Counted from the stretch's first letter, positions 27,605 to 37,802 are shown. The stretch: 64,000 nucleotides of DNA from an uncultured archaeon (GCA_963817525.1 CAWFOU010000007.1:800001-864000), one strand, 5' to 3'. The notes: generated by a model from the sequence alone, not told the origin. Numbers and translations are program-made.

Positions 27605-28735
27605 TTGGAGAAAGACAGGCTCGACCCCTGGGGCGAGACCTTCATCGGGAACTACGAGCGCCTCCACAAGGAGTTCGGGATCGAGCGGATGGACTCCATC
27701 CTGCCTAGGTTCAAGAAGCCGAGCCTCCACATCCGGCGGGGCATCGACTTTGGGCATCGGGACCTCGGGAGGGTCCTCGACGCCGTGGACAACAACAAGG
27801 ACTTCGCGGTGATGAGCGGAATCAAGCCCACGGGGAACTTCCACCTGGGCACGAAGATGACCGCGGACGACATGGTCTACTTCCAGTCCCTCTCGAAGAA
27901 GGCGACAGTCTTCTACTGCATCGCCGACGTCGAGGCCTATAACGACAACGGGCTCTCCTTCGCCGAGAGCTCGAAGATAGCCGTCCAGAACGTGGCGGAC
28001 ATCCTCGCGCTGGGGCTCGACCCTGAAAGGGCCGTCGTCTACAAGCAGAGCGAGGAGGTCAGGGTGATGAGGCTCTCCGCCATCTTCGGGAGCAGCGTCA
28101 CCAACAACATGCTCAGGGCGATCTACGGGGAGAGGCAGATAGGCCTCTACATCTCGGCGCTCATCCAGGTCGGGGACATACTCATGCCGCAGCTGAAGGA
28201 GTTCGGCGGGCCCAAGCCCGTGCTCGTCCCCGTAGGGGCGGACCAGGACCCGCACCTCAGGCTCGCCCGGGACATCGCGAACGCCTACCACCAGGACTTT
28301 GGGTTCATCCCGCCCTCGTCGATATATCACAAGCTCCTCAAGAGCCTGGACGGGAGCACCAAGATGTCGAAGAGGAGCGCCGCGTCGTCCTTCACTCTCG
28401 ATGAGCTGCCCGCCTCCGCCGCGAAGAAGGTGATGTCGGGCTTCACCGGAGGGAGGGCGAGCGTAGAGGAGCAGAGGAAGCTCGGCGGGGAGGCCGACAA
28501 GTGCCCCATCTACGACCTCTACCTCTTCCACTTTGCCATGGAGGACGAGTACGCGAAGAGGGTCTACGACGAGTGCTACAAGGGCGTGAGGATGTGTGGC
28601 GAGTGCAAGCAGGAGCTCGCGACGATCGTCAAGCGCTATCTGGAAGAGCATCGCCGCAAGCGCGACTCCCTGATGAAGGACGCCGAGGAGCTTTTGAAGA
28701 GCAGCAAGAAGAGGCTGGCCGCCCTAGCGAGCTAG
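27605..28735 (+). CDS. trpS: tryptophanyl-tRNA synthetase
   Basis: PTGNFHLG, VPVGADQDPH, KMSK, FTGGR. Confidence 0.95.
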   Translation: MEKDRLDPWGETFIGNYERLHKEFGIERMDSILPRFKKPSLHIRRGIDFGHRDLGRVLDAVDNNKDFAVMSGIKPTGNFHLGTKMTADDMVYFQSLSKKATVFYCIADVEAYNDNGLSFAESSKIAVQNVADILALGLDPERAVVYKQSEEVRVMRLSAIFGSSVTNNMLRAIYGERQIGLYISALIQVGDILMPQLKEFGGPKPVLVPVGADQDPHLRLARDIANAYHQDFGFIPPSSIYHKLLKSLDGSTKMSKRSAASSFTLDELPASAAKKVMSGFTGGRASVEEQRKLGGEADKCPIYDLYLFHFAMEDEYAKRVYDECYKGVRMCGECKQELATIVKRYLEEHRRKRDSLMKDAEELLKSSKKRLAALAS

Positions 28736-28740
28736 TTCAC

Positions 28741-30240
28741 ATGGAGAAGACCCCGCTTCACCCGATCGAGCGCAAGGTCCTCGCCTCCCTCACGGACGGC
28801 CCCAAGGTCTTCGACGCGCTCGTCTCCTCCTCTGGCCTGCTCGCGGACCAGGTGAGGCGCTCCATCTCCTGGCTCTCCTCGAAGGGCCTGGTCACCACGA
28901 CGGATGTCTCGAGCGTGGAGCTCAAGCTGGTCACTTCCCCGCCCGAGCTCGTCTTCCTGGAGAGCCTGCGCGAAGGCGGCGGCGAGTCGTCGGTCGCGCG
29001 ACTCAGGAACGTACTCGGCGAGGACCGCGGCTTCTCCGCCGCGATGGGGCGGGCCGTCTCGGCGGGCTGGGTCGAGGTGAAGGACGGGATGATGGGGCAG
29101 ACTGTGATCCTAAAGGACAAAGAGGCGGGGAGGGACCTCGAGCGCTTGGCCTCGCTCCTCAAGAAGGCCGTGGACGAGGCGAGCGTCAAGGAGGCGCAGA
29201 GGGCCACCGTCGCGGACCTCGTCAAGAGGGGGCTCGTCGAGAGGAAGGAGTCCAAGACTGTGAGCGTCACGATTACCCCCGATGGGGTCGAGGCGCTGAG
29301 ATCGGCCGATGACCAGGGCTTCGAGAGGCTCACCCCTGAGATACTCTCGTCCCTCAGGGCGACCGGGATCGACGTGAAGCTGAGGCCCATCGACGTGAGC
29401 GCAGAGGCCCCCACCTTCCACCCAGGGAGGAGGCACCCAGTCAAGGAGCTCATCGCCGAAGTGAGGGAGGTCTACGTCTCTATGGGGTTCCAGGAGATAA
29501 CCGGGGAGTCGGTCCAGTCCGCGTTCTGGAACTTCGACGCGCTCTTCACGCCGCAGAACCACCCCGCGCGCGAGCTGCAGGACACCTTCTACGTGAAGGG
29601 CATGAGCGACCAGAAGATCTCTAGGACGGGGGTCGTGGCGGACGTCGCGGCCGCGCACGAGGCGGGGTGGCAGACGGGGAGCAAGGGCTGGCGATACAAG
29701 TGGAACGTGGAGGAGGCGCGACGTCTAGTCCTCAGGACCCACAATACCGCGGTCACCGTCCAGGCTACGCGGGATTCGGGCGGCGCCGAGACCAGGGTCT
29801 TCAGCGTGGCGAGGGTCTACCGGAACGAGAGCCTCGACTACAAGCACCTCGCGGAGCTCCACCAGATGGAGGGGATAGTCATCGGCGAGGGCCTGAACCT
29901 CCGCCACCTCATGGGCATCCTCACCAAGTTCTACGGGAAGCTGGGGATGAGCGGCGTCAAGCTCTGGCCCTCCTACTTCCCGTACACGGAGCCCTCCATG
30001 CAGGTGATGGTGTACTACGACAAGGTGGGCAAGTGGCTGGAGATGGGCGGCTCGGGGATCTTCAGGCCCGAGGTGACGTGGCCTCTGGGCGTCAAGAAGC
30101 CCGTTATAGCGTGGGGCTGCGGCCTCGAGCGCCTCCTTATGCTGAGGCTCGGCATGGAAGACATCAGGGAGCTCTACAACAACGACCTAGGCTGGCTGAG
30201 GGAGAGAAAAGAGATTGCCGGTACTCAAGATATTCTTTAG
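28741..30240 (+). CDS. pheS: phenylalanyl-tRNA synthetase alpha subunit
   Basis: WNFDALFTPQNHPARELQDTF, YRNE, YFPYTEPS, GLERL. Confidence 0.95.
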   Translation: MEKTPLHPIERKVLASLTDGPKVFDALVSSSGLLADQVRRSISWLSSKGLVTTTDVSSVELKLVTSPPELVFLESLREGGGESSVARLRNVLGEDRGFSAAMGRAVSAGWVEVKDGMMGQTVILKDKEAGRDLERLASLLKKAVDEASVKEAQRATVADLVKRGLVERKESKTVSVTITPDGVEALRSADDQGFERLTPEILSSLRATGIDVKLRPIDVSAEAPTFHPGRRHPVKELIAEVREVYVSMGFQEITGESVQSAFWNFDALFTPQNHPARELQDTFYVKGMSDQKISRTGVVADVAAAHEAGWQTGSKGWRYKWNVEEARRLVLRTHNTAVTVQATRDSGGAETRVFSVARVYRNESLDYKHLAELHQMEGIVIGEGLNLRHLMGILTKFYGKLGMSGVKLWPSYFPYTEPSMQVMVYYDKVGKWLEMGGSGIFRPEVTWPLGVKKPVIAWGCGLERLLMLRLGMEDIRELYNNDLGWLRERKEIAGTQDIL

Positions 30241-31852
30241 ACGGTTCGAGCGGCTTACGGGGCTCTCGAAGGACAAGATCCTCGACAGGCTCCCCTACCT
30301 GGGCCTGGACATCGAGGGCACGGAGGAGGACTCCGTCAGGGTGGAGTACAACCCCAACAGGCCGGACTTTTCCACCGACTATGGAATCGCGAGGGCGATG
30401 AGGGGGCTCGTCGGGAAGGAGGTGGGGTTGGAGCCCTACCGCGCCCACGCGGGGAAGGGGAAGGTGCTCGCGGACAAGAGCCTGGCCAAGGTGAGGCCGT
30501 TCATCGCCTGCGCGGTGGCTAGGAAGCTCAAGCTCGACGAGGAGACCATCAGGCAGCTCATCTCCATGCAGGAGGACCTCCACAACGGGCTGGGGAGGAA
30601 GAGGAGGACGGTCGCCATCGGGCTCCACGACCTCGCCGCCGTGACGTTCCCCGTCTACTACGCCGCGAAGGACTCCGCGTTCGCGTTCACTCCCCTAGGC
30701 TCGGACGAGCAGATGACCGTCGCGGACATCCTCCAGAAGACGGAGACGGGGCAGGCCTACGGGCACGTACTCGCGGACACCTCGGCGTACCCCTTGCTAT
30801 ACGACTCGAAGGGGGTCGTCCTCTCGTTCCCCCCGATAATCAACGGCACCGAGACCAAGGTGGAGACCACGACGCGCGACCTCTTCGTCGACATCACCTC
30901 GACCGACGCAAGGCTCGGGGACGAGGCGCTCGCCATAGTCTGCTCGGCCCTCGCGGACGCCGGCGGAGAGCTCGAGACTGTGACGGTGAGCTACGGGAAG
31001 AAGAAGGTCGTCACGCCCTCCCTCGCGCCCTCGAAGATGAAGTTCGACCCGGAGCTTACCGAGGCGCTGACTGGCCTCCCCCTCACCAGGAAGGAGATGA
31101 AGGACTCGCTGAGGAGGAGCAGGCTCGACCTCGACGCCAAGGGCTTCGCCGTCATCCCGAGCTACAGGGTGGACATCCTCCACCAGGTGGACCTCGCGGA
31201 GGAGGTGGTCATCGGCTACGGGCTGGACAAGATGACGGCCTCATACCCGCCGAGCGCCGACGCGGGGCAGGCCGCCCCAAGCATCGAGTTCCTCGAGGCC
31301 CTGTCCCTGACGATGGCCGAGTCGGGCTTCGACGAGACGATGGGCTTCGACCTCGTGGACGCCCCCACGCTCTACGCCAACTTCGGGAGGGTCGCGGACG
31401 CCAAGCTCGAGGTGGACAACCCGCGGACCGCGGAGCACAGCCTCCTGCGCGACTCCCTCCTCCCCTCGCTAACCTCGGTCCTGGGGCGCAACACCAAGAA
31501 CGAGTACCCGCAGCGGGTCTTCGAGGCGGGGAAGGTCTTCGCGAGGGGCGAGTCGGGCGTCGTCGAGGGCTTCTCGATCGCTGCGCTCTCCGCGCACACG
31601 TCCTCCTCCTTCACCGAGGCGAAGAGCTACCTCGAGGCGCTGGTCAAGAAGCACTTTGGGCAGGAGGCTGACACGCGCCCCGGGTCGCACTGGGCCTTCG
31701 CGGAGGGGAGGTGTGCAGAGGCGCTCATCAAGGGGGTCTCGCTAGGCTATCTGGGAGAGGTGAAGCCGAGCGCCCTTGCGGCCTTCGGGGTCGACGTCCC
31801 CGTCTGCGGGTTCGAGCTCGACCTCTCGAAGAGAAGCAAGCCTCGGGCATAG
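30215..31852 (+). CDS. pheT: phenylalanyl-tRNA synthetase beta subunit
   Basis: NRPD, QEDLH, SFPPIING, RVDILHQVDLAEE. Confidence 0.95.
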   Translation: MPVLKIFFRRFERLTGLSKDKILDRLPYLGLDIEGTEEDSVRVEYNPNRPDFSTDYGIARAMRGLVGKEVGLEPYRAHAGKGKVLADKSLAKVRPFIACAVARKLKLDEETIRQLISMQEDLHNGLGRKRRTVAIGLHDLAAVTFPVYYAAKDSAFAFTPLGSDEQMTVADILQKTETGQAYGHVLADTSAYPLLYDSKGVVLSFPPIINGTETKVETTTRDLFVDITSTDARLGDEALAIVCSALADAGGELETVTVSYGKKKVVTPSLAPSKMKFDPELTEALTGLPLTRKEMKDSLRRSRLDLDAKGFAVIPSYRVDILHQVDLAEEVVIGYGLDKMTASYPPSADAGQAAPSIEFLEALSLTMAESGFDETMGFDLVDAPTLYANFGRVADAKLEVDNPRTAEHSLLRDSLLPSLTSVLGRNTKNEYPQRVFEAGKVFARGESGVVEGFSIAALSAHTSSSFTEAKSYLEALVKKHFGQEADTRPGSHWAFAEGRCAEALIKGVSLGYLGEVKPSALAAFGVDVPVCGFELDLSKRSKPRA

Positions 31853-31882
31853 GATATAAGGGGCCGCGGGCGTCCCGCGATC

Positions 31883-31984
31883 GGCTTCCGTCCTACTGCA
31901 CGCAACAAACGGCCACCCGCGAAGGCGACCAAAAGTTGCTATCATGAACGGATGGTTTACCCAGTCGTGCTACAGACGGAAGCC
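31883..31984 (+). ncRNA. candidate structured small RNA
   Basis: 10-bp closing stem GGCTTCCGTC/GACGGAAGCC, inner GCACG/CGTGC and GCAAC/GTTGC, TATAAG 25 nt upstream, T-run downstream. Confidence 0.55.
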
Positions 31985-32013
31985 ATTTTAGAGACGAAGG
32001 GAGGGTCGGGCTC

Positions 32014-32085
32014 GGCCCGCATTAAGAGGCTCGGCAACGGCGGCGAGAGCCGCAGGATGAGTCGGACCGTCAGAGGCGGGCCACA
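32014..32085 (+). ncRNA. candidate guide sRNA (C/D- or H/ACA-like)
   Basis: GGCCCGC/GCGGGCC stem followed by ACA; internal AGGATGA and CAGA box-like motifs; GAGA-capped hairpin. Confidence 0.45.
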
Positions 32086-32120
32086 TAACGGTTAGAAGCA
32101 CGGCGGCTGTCCTCCCCCCG

Positions 32121-32555
32121 TTGCGCCCCGCCGACCCGCTGAGGGAGGAGAGGAGGTACGGGGAGTTCGCCTCCTTCCTCCAGGAGCTCGTCAAGGAGCT
32201 AAACGACCTCTCCGAGGAGGGGGCCGCTGTCCTCGTCGAGGGCAAGAGGGACGTCGCGGCGCTCAGGGGGCTGGGGTACACGGGCCCGCTCTTCACCGTC
32301 TCCATCCTCACCTCGACCGCGGCCGCGAGGGAGAAGCTCAGGAGGGAGGTGAGCGCCATGGTGATCCTGACGGACCTGGACACCGAGGGCCGCCGCCTCG
32401 CATCCCGATACATCAAGTTCCTCTCCCACGAGGGCGTCTCCGCATCCCTGGCTCAGAGGAGGCGGCTGTCCAAGGCCTCGCGGGGGGCCTTCATGCACAT
32501 CGAGAACCTCCGGAGGTTCAAGCTCGACGAAGCGCGGTTGCCCGACTTAAGATGA
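32121..32555 (+). CDS. small TOPRIM-domain protein
   Basis: VLVEGKRD, ILTDLDTEG. Confidence 0.85.
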   Translation: MRPADPLREERRYGEFASFLQELVKELNDLSEEGAAVLVEGKRDVAALRGLGYTGPLFTVSILTSTAAAREKLRREVSAMVILTDLDTEGRRLASRYIKFLSHEGVSASLAQRRRLSKASRGAFMHIENLRRFKLDEARLPDLR

Positions 32556-32632
32556 GTTTAAATAAAGGCCAACTCGCGAGTGTCCAAGTTAAGCTAAACT
32601 AACGTTAACAGCTAACAACGAGTTGAAATAAT

Positions 32633-33910
32633 CTGCCTGATTCGGCGATAGTAAAGTACCTCGTCAAACTGAGGTTCGACGTAGATGGTGTGGTTGAGAA
32701 GGCGGACTTGATTGGCGCGATCTTCGGCCAGACCGAGGGCCTTTTCGGCCCCGAGATGAATCTAAACGAGCTCCAGAAGACGTGGAAAGTCGGACGCATA
32801 GAGATCAATCTAGAGTCCAAGAACGACAAGACGTGGGGCGCGATCCTCATCCCTATGTCCACCGACGTGAGCACGGCAGCGCTGATCGCGGCCGCGGTGG
32901 AGAGCGTCGACAAGGTCGGGCCTTGCTCCGCGAGGGTCGTCCTCGAAGGCATTGAGGACGTCAGGGCCTCAAAGAGGGCGCAGATCGCGGAGCGCGCCAA
33001 GGACATCATGAAGGAGTGGAGCTCGCGCACGCTCAGCGAGGGGGAGAACGTCCTCAAGGACGTCCAAGAGTCCACCAAGAGGGCGCGCGTGGTAAACTTC
33101 GGGGTAGAGAACCTTCCAGCCGGGCCTGGCGTCTACACCGCTGACGGGGTGTACGTCGTGGAGGGGAGGGCGGACGTGGTGCTTTTCCTCAGGGCAGGCA
33201 TCGAGAACGTGGTGGCGGTAGAGGGGACAAGCATACCCCAGGCAGTGATAGATCTCAGTAGGAAGAAGAGGATCATCGCGGTCCTAGACGGCGACAGGGG
33301 CGGAGACCTGATCGAGAAGGAGCTCGCGCAGGTCATGAAGGTAGAGAAGGTGATCAGGGCGCCAGACGGGAAGGAGGTCGAGGACCTTACCCCGATCGAG
33401 GTCCACCAGATGCTCAGGGGCGAGCTCCCAGGCCGCGGCTCGAAGGAGCCGAGGCAGGAGCGGTCAGAGCGCTACGAGAGGCGCGAGCGGCCCGAGAGGC
33501 GGGAGAGATTCGAGAGGGCTGAGAGGTCGGAGAGGGCTCCCAGGTACGAGAGATACGAGAGGGCGCCTAGGCCTGACGCAGCGCCGGCGGCCCCAGCGAC
33601 GCCGCCCGTCCCAGCCCCGGTGGTTGACAAGGTGAAGGAGGTCTTCCCCTCGATAAACGGCACCCTCGAGGCGATGCTGCTCGACGACGGCATGGGCGAG
33701 AAGGGGCGCATGCCGATAAGCGAGCTGGTGGCGAAGCTTGACGGCTCTGGGGCGAGCTACCTCGTCTTCGACGGGATAGTAACGCAGAGGCTCATCGACG
33801 CAGCCGGCAAGGCCAAGGTCAAGGGGATAATCGGGCACAGGATCGGCGAGATCAAGAACATGCCCGATGGCTTGAGCGTAGGCACATTCAGAGACCTAGC
33901 GCTCGAGTAG
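32633..33910 (+). CDS. dnaG: archaeal DnaG (bacterial-type primase, exosome-associated)
   Basis: GAIFGQTEGLFG, VVEGRADV, DGDRGG, FDGIVTQRL; conserved-looking N-terminus extends to CTG at 32633. Confidence 0.92.
   Translation: MPDSAIVKYLVKLRFDVDGVVEKADLIGAIFGQTEGLFGPEMNLNELQKTWKVGRIEINLESKNDKTWGAILIPMSTDVSTAALIAAAVESVDKVGPCSARVVLEGIEDVRASKRAQIAERAKDIMKEWSSRTLSEGENVLKDVQESTKRARVVNFGVENLPAGPGVYTADGVYVVEGRADVVLFLRAGIENVVAVEGTSIPQAVIDLSRKKRIIAVLDGDRGGDLIEKELAQVMKVEKVIRAPDGKEVEDLTPIEVHQMLRGELPGRGSKEPRQERSERYERRERPERRERFERAERSERAPRYERYERAPRPDAAPAAPATPPVPAPVVDKVKEVFPSINGTLEAMLLDDGMGEKGRMPISELVAKLDGSGASYLVFDGIVTQRLIDAAGKAKVKGIIGHRIGEIKNMPDGLSVGTFRDLALE
33455..33572 (+). repeat. ERx tripeptide low-complexity repeat within dnaG
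   Basis: ERSERYERRERPERRERFERAERSERAPRYERYERAPR. Confidence 0.8.
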
Positions 33911-33917
33911 GTCCCGC

Positions 33918-35006
33918 TTGATAGTAAGCGAGTTCATACCAAAGCAGGGACTCTGCAGGCTCACCGTAGAATCTCCGGACGACCTCTGGACCCTCCGCAG
34001 GCTCCTCGCGCCCGGCGACGTCGTCGTCACCAAGAGCTCGAGGGTCTTGAAGAGGGAGGGCGACTACACGAGGCCCGACAAAGGGGAGCGCATCAAGGTC
34101 ACCATAGCCCTCGAGGTGGAGGGGATCTCCCTCGATAGCAGCGTCGGGAGGGTCAGGATACGTGGGAGGATAGTGGAGGCGAGCGACGAGAGCGTCACCA
34201 AGACCGGCTCCCACTCGATCATCATCTCCCCCGGCCAGGAGCTCACCATCAGGAAGCAGCGCTGGACCTCCTCCGACACAAGGATACTCAACTCCTCGAC
34301 CGCCACGGAGCGCAGGTTCCTCCTCGTCGCGGTGGACAGGAGGGACGCGGGGGTGGGACTCCTCGCTGGTTCGCACCTCACCATCGTCTCCACCTTGGAG
34401 TCGGGCGCCTCCGGGAAGGGCGGGTCGAACCAGAAGGAGGTCGACATGCAGCCCTACTTCAGGAAGGTCGTCGACCTACTAAAGGCCACCTGGCGCGAGG
34501 GGGACGTCGTGGTTGTCGCGGGGCCTGGGAACACCAAGCTCCCCCTGGAGAACCTCATCAAGAAGGACCCCGACCTGAGGAAGAACGAGGTCCTGGTGGA
34601 GGGGTTCGACCTCTCGGGGTCCGATGGCGTCCGAGCCCTTGTAAAGTCCGACGGGTTCAGGAAGGTCGCCAGGGACAGCGTCCTCGTCGAGGTCCAGGAG
34701 GCCGTGGAGGAGGCCATCAGGAGGATCTCGCGGGGCGAGAGGCGGGTCGCCTACACGCTTCCCCGCGTCTCCGAGGCCGCGAGGGCCGGCGCCGTAGAGA
34801 CGTGCGTCGTCTCGGACGACGTCTTCTCTAGCAGCGTCGACGAGAACCAGCTCGTGGCGACGCTCAACCTGATCGAGGAGAAGGGAGGGAAGGTCTTCCT
34901 CTGCGACTCTTCCCTGGAGACGGGCAAACAGGTCTCCGCGCTGGGAGGGATGGTCGCGATCTTGCGCTACGACCTCTCGAACGCGCTCTCCGGCTCTAGC
35001 CGATGA
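33918..35006 (+). CDS. pelA: pelota/aDom34 mRNA surveillance protein
   Basis: ESPDDLWTL, RIRGRI, GSHS, AGPG, LGGMVAILRY. Confidence 0.9.
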   Translation: MIVSEFIPKQGLCRLTVESPDDLWTLRRLLAPGDVVVTKSSRVLKREGDYTRPDKGERIKVTIALEVEGISLDSSVGRVRIRGRIVEASDESVTKTGSHSIIISPGQELTIRKQRWTSSDTRILNSSTATERRFLLVAVDRRDAGVGLLAGSHLTIVSTLESGASGKGGSNQKEVDMQPYFRKVVDLLKATWREGDVVVVAGPGNTKLPLENLIKKDPDLRKNEVLVEGFDLSGSDGVRALVKSDGFRKVARDSVLVEVQEAVEEAIRRISRGERRVAYTLPRVSEAARAGAVETCVVSDDVFSSSVDENQLVATLNLIEEKGGKVFLCDSSLETGKQVSALGGMVAILRYDLSNALSGSSR

Positions 35007-35331
35007 CCCCGGTGACCGCGGGTATCACGAACTCGGTGATGACTACGAGGAGCACCCCTCCGATGATGAGGTCCTTGCCGAGCCTGCGCCCAAGGTGGGT
35101 GTAGTAGAGCAGGACCCCGACGAGCAGGCAAGTGACATAGGCGACCCGGACGATGTCTATCACGGCCGTGTTGATGCTCGTCAGGACGGCGGCCGTCTCG
35201 CTCGCGAACTGGCCCGCGAACTGCTGGATGCCCGTCGCGACGTCTGGAGGCGAAGGCGAGTCCAAGATTGGGAGCCCAATCGCGGAGGCGACCGCGGGGA
35301 GCAGGAGGAGCAGGGACGGGGTCATCCCCAC
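34996..35331 (-). CDS. small membrane protein
   Basis: signal-like N-terminus plus two TM helices around RRLGKDLIIGG. Confidence 0.55.
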   Translation of the reverse strand: MGMTPSLLLLLPAVASAIGLPILDSPSPPDVATGIQQFAGQFASETAAVLTSINTAVIDIVRVAYVTCLLVGVLLYYTHLGRRLGKDLIIGGVLLVVITEFVIPAVTGVIG

Positions 35332-35365
35332 AGAAGCGCGTCCGGCTATTTATTCGTCCACGCGG

Positions 35366-36667
35366 TCAGGACGGCACGAGGGCGCTGAGGTAAGGCCCCG
35401 CGATGAGGGCGAAGAGCGCGAAGAGAAGCAGGAACGTAATGCCCGTCGTAAGCCTCCGCGCGAGCATCTCGCTGATCTTCCCCCTTCCCACGCCTCTGAG
35501 GAAGATCTCGAATGCCTGCCCCCCGTCCATGATGTAGATCGGGAGGCTGTTGAAGATAGCCAGGTTGAAGTTCACGAAGAAGAGCCAGAACAGCGCGTTC
35601 GCCACAGCCGCGGTCAAGGGGCCGAGGGGAGAGGTGTAGAAGCCCGAGAGGTCGTCGGAGAACGGGACCAAGAGCTCGACGCGCTGGAAGGTAGGGATGT
35701 AGGATATGTACGCCAGCGGAGTGCTCTTGTACAACGTGGCGTACCCCGTCGCCGTGTCCTGCAGCGCAGCGTAGCTCGCCTCGTCGACGCCCAGGAACGG
35801 GTAGACCACCGTGGTGCTCTTGCCGCTCGTCTCGTTGACCGTGGTCACGGTGTAGTTGCTGAGGACTATGGGGACGACCCTTGTCGTGCCGTCGTGCCAG
35901 ATGGTCATGTTGACCTTCTCACCCACGGAGAAGCTCCCGTTGCGCAGGACGCTCAGGTCGGTGACGCTGCCGCCGTTGATTTGAGTGACAAAGTCGCCCG
36001 GCTGGATCCCTGCGAGGTAGGCCGGCGAGTGCAGCGTCGGGGAGTCGGGGACGACCCCGTAGATGGCCGCGCCCTTTGCGGCCGGCGTCATCGAGCCGAC
36101 AGTGACGATAAGCAGGAGCAAGCACACGATGCCGACGACGAAGTTTATTCCAGAGCCGGCCGCGAGGACCCTGAGCGAGTCCCTGCTCCTCGCCTTTTTG
36201 AGCTCCTTGTCGTCCACCTCCACGAACGCGCCTATGGGCAGGAACGCTAGGAGGACGACGCCTGCCGCTTTGACCCTCATCCCGACGTTGCGCGCGACTA
36301 TCCCGTGGGAGGCCTCGTGGATGAAGACCGCGACAACTATCGCGAGCCACACGCTCAGGGGGAGGTAGGGGTTGATCCCCGGGAGGAGGAAGTTGGCGAG
36401 GGGCGAGATTGTGCGGACGTTGGAGACCAGCGCCGGGCCCTGCGGCGAGAAGTAGAGGGCCCCCACCAGGAAGAACACGACGTAGAGAGCCACCCCGGCG
36501 GCAATCGGCATCAGTATGAGCATGAGCCACCCGAGGGGCCTGCTTATCCTCCATTTCCCGAGCCTGTCAAGCAGGTTGAGCCCCTTGCGCGTCCTCACCA
36601 TGAATATAATGAACCACCTTGTGATGGCCTTGTACTGCTCCTCGTCGCTTTGGGGTGGATCGGACAA
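35366..36667 (-). CDS. site-2 (M50) metalloprotease with PDZ domain
   Basis: HEASH, AAGSGIN, SPAYLAGIQPGD, NSLPIYIMDGG. Confidence 0.92.
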   Translation of the reverse strand: MSDPPQSDEEQYKAITRWFIIFMVRTRKGLNLLDRLGKWRISRPLGWLMLILMPIAAGVALYVVFFLVGALYFSPQGPALVSNVRTISPLANFLLPGINPYLPLSVWLAIVVAVFIHEASHGIVARNVGMRVKAAGVVLLAFLPIGAFVEVDDKELKKARSRDSLRVLAAGSGINFVVGIVCLLLLIVTVGSMTPAAKGAAIYGVVPDSPTLHSPAYLAGIQPGDFVTQINGGSVTDLSVLRNGSFSVGEKVNMTIWHDGTTRVVPIVLSNYTVTTVNETSGKSTTVVYPFLGVDEASYAALQDTATGYATLYKSTPLAYISYIPTFQRVELLVPFSDDLSGFYTSPLGPLTAAVANALFWLFFVNFNLAIFNSLPIYIMDGGQAFEIFLRGVGRGKISEMLARRLTTGITFLLLFALFALIAGPYLSALVPS

Positions 36668-36747
36668 GCGGTAGCGCCTTTTTCGTCGTGCTCGACGAGA
36701 ACCCTTTAAGGTTTGACCCGATGCGACCCCGTCCGGGCTGAGATATT

Positions 36748-37716
36748 TTGGGGGTCTGCTCGAGGTGCGGCGAGGCGGCCTCGTATTACACGAGGAGGTA
36801 TTCAGGAGAGAGCCTCTGCGCGCCCTGCTTCCAAGAGTCCACCGTGGAGAAGGTCAGGCGCACCATCTCGAAGTACGGCATGCTGCGCAGGGGAGAGAGG
36901 ATGGGGGTCGCCGTCTCCGGCGGGAAGGACAGCCTCTCCCTCCTCAAGATACTGCACGAGCTCAACAAGGGCGAGGGCGAGCTGGTGGCGCTCACGGTGG
37001 ACGAGGGCGTCAAGGGGTATCGCGACGAGGCCATCGAGCACGCCCGCGCGCTCTGCGAGCAGCTGGGCGTCGAGCTCGTCCTCGTCTCCTACAGCGAGCT
37101 CTTCGGGTTCAGCCTGGACCAGGCCCTGGACTGGAAGGACGAGCGGGAAGTCTCCTCCTGCAGCATGTGCGGGGTCTTCCGCAGGAGGGCCATCGACGAG
37201 GCCGCCCTGAAGGCGAAGGTCGACGTCGTCGCCACCGCGCACAACCTGGACGACTACGTCCAGACCTTCATGATGAACCTCCTCCACGGCGACGTCGAGC
37301 GGATCGGCTGGCTCGACCCCGCCTCCCACGACGACAGCTTCCCCATCAGGAGGGTCAAGCCCCTCACCGAGGTTTACGAGGAGGAGGTCGCCCTCTACGC
37401 CTACCTCTCGAAGATCCCCTTCCAGAGCGCCAGCTGCCCCTACATGCACGAGGCCCTCAGGAGCGAGGTGCGCGACTACCTGAACGAGCTTGAGGCGGGG
37501 CACCCGGGCATGAAGAACGTGCTGCTGGCCTCCGCGCTGGACGTGACCTCGAGGCTTTCGAGGGACGCTCGCGGGGGCGGCGGGGTGGCCAAGGCGACCG
37601 TACCCTGCGAGAAGTGCGGGAAACCCTCCTCGAGGGGAGTCTGCGGCGTCTGCAGAATGACCAAGATGGTGTGGCAACACACTGGACTCTCACGCGAGCC
37701 GCCCGCCGCGCCCTAG
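36748..37716 (+). CDS. tRNA 2-thiolation protein, TtuA/NcsA (TIGR00269) family
   Basis: N- and C-terminal zinc fingers, AVSGGKDS PP-loop, CSMCG.FRR, TAHNLDD, CPY. Confidence 0.92.
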   Translation: MGVCSRCGEAASYYTRRYSGESLCAPCFQESTVEKVRRTISKYGMLRRGERMGVAVSGGKDSLSLLKILHELNKGEGELVALTVDEGVKGYRDEAIEHARALCEQLGVELVLVSYSELFGFSLDQALDWKDEREVSSCSMCGVFRRRAIDEAALKAKVDVVATAHNLDDYVQTFMMNLLHGDVERIGWLDPASHDDSFPIRRVKPLTEVYEEEVALYAYLSKIPFQSASCPYMHEALRSEVRDYLNELEAGHPGMKNVLLASALDVTSRLSRDARGGGGVAKATVPCEKCGKPSSRGVCGVCRMTKMVWQHTGLSREPPAAP

Positions 37717-37802
37717 TCAGACGGCTGGAGTCATCCTACTGTATTTTCTCTGGTAACTGTATTCGGTCATCCGTTTTACCATCTTTCCTAATATCATGTG
37801 AA

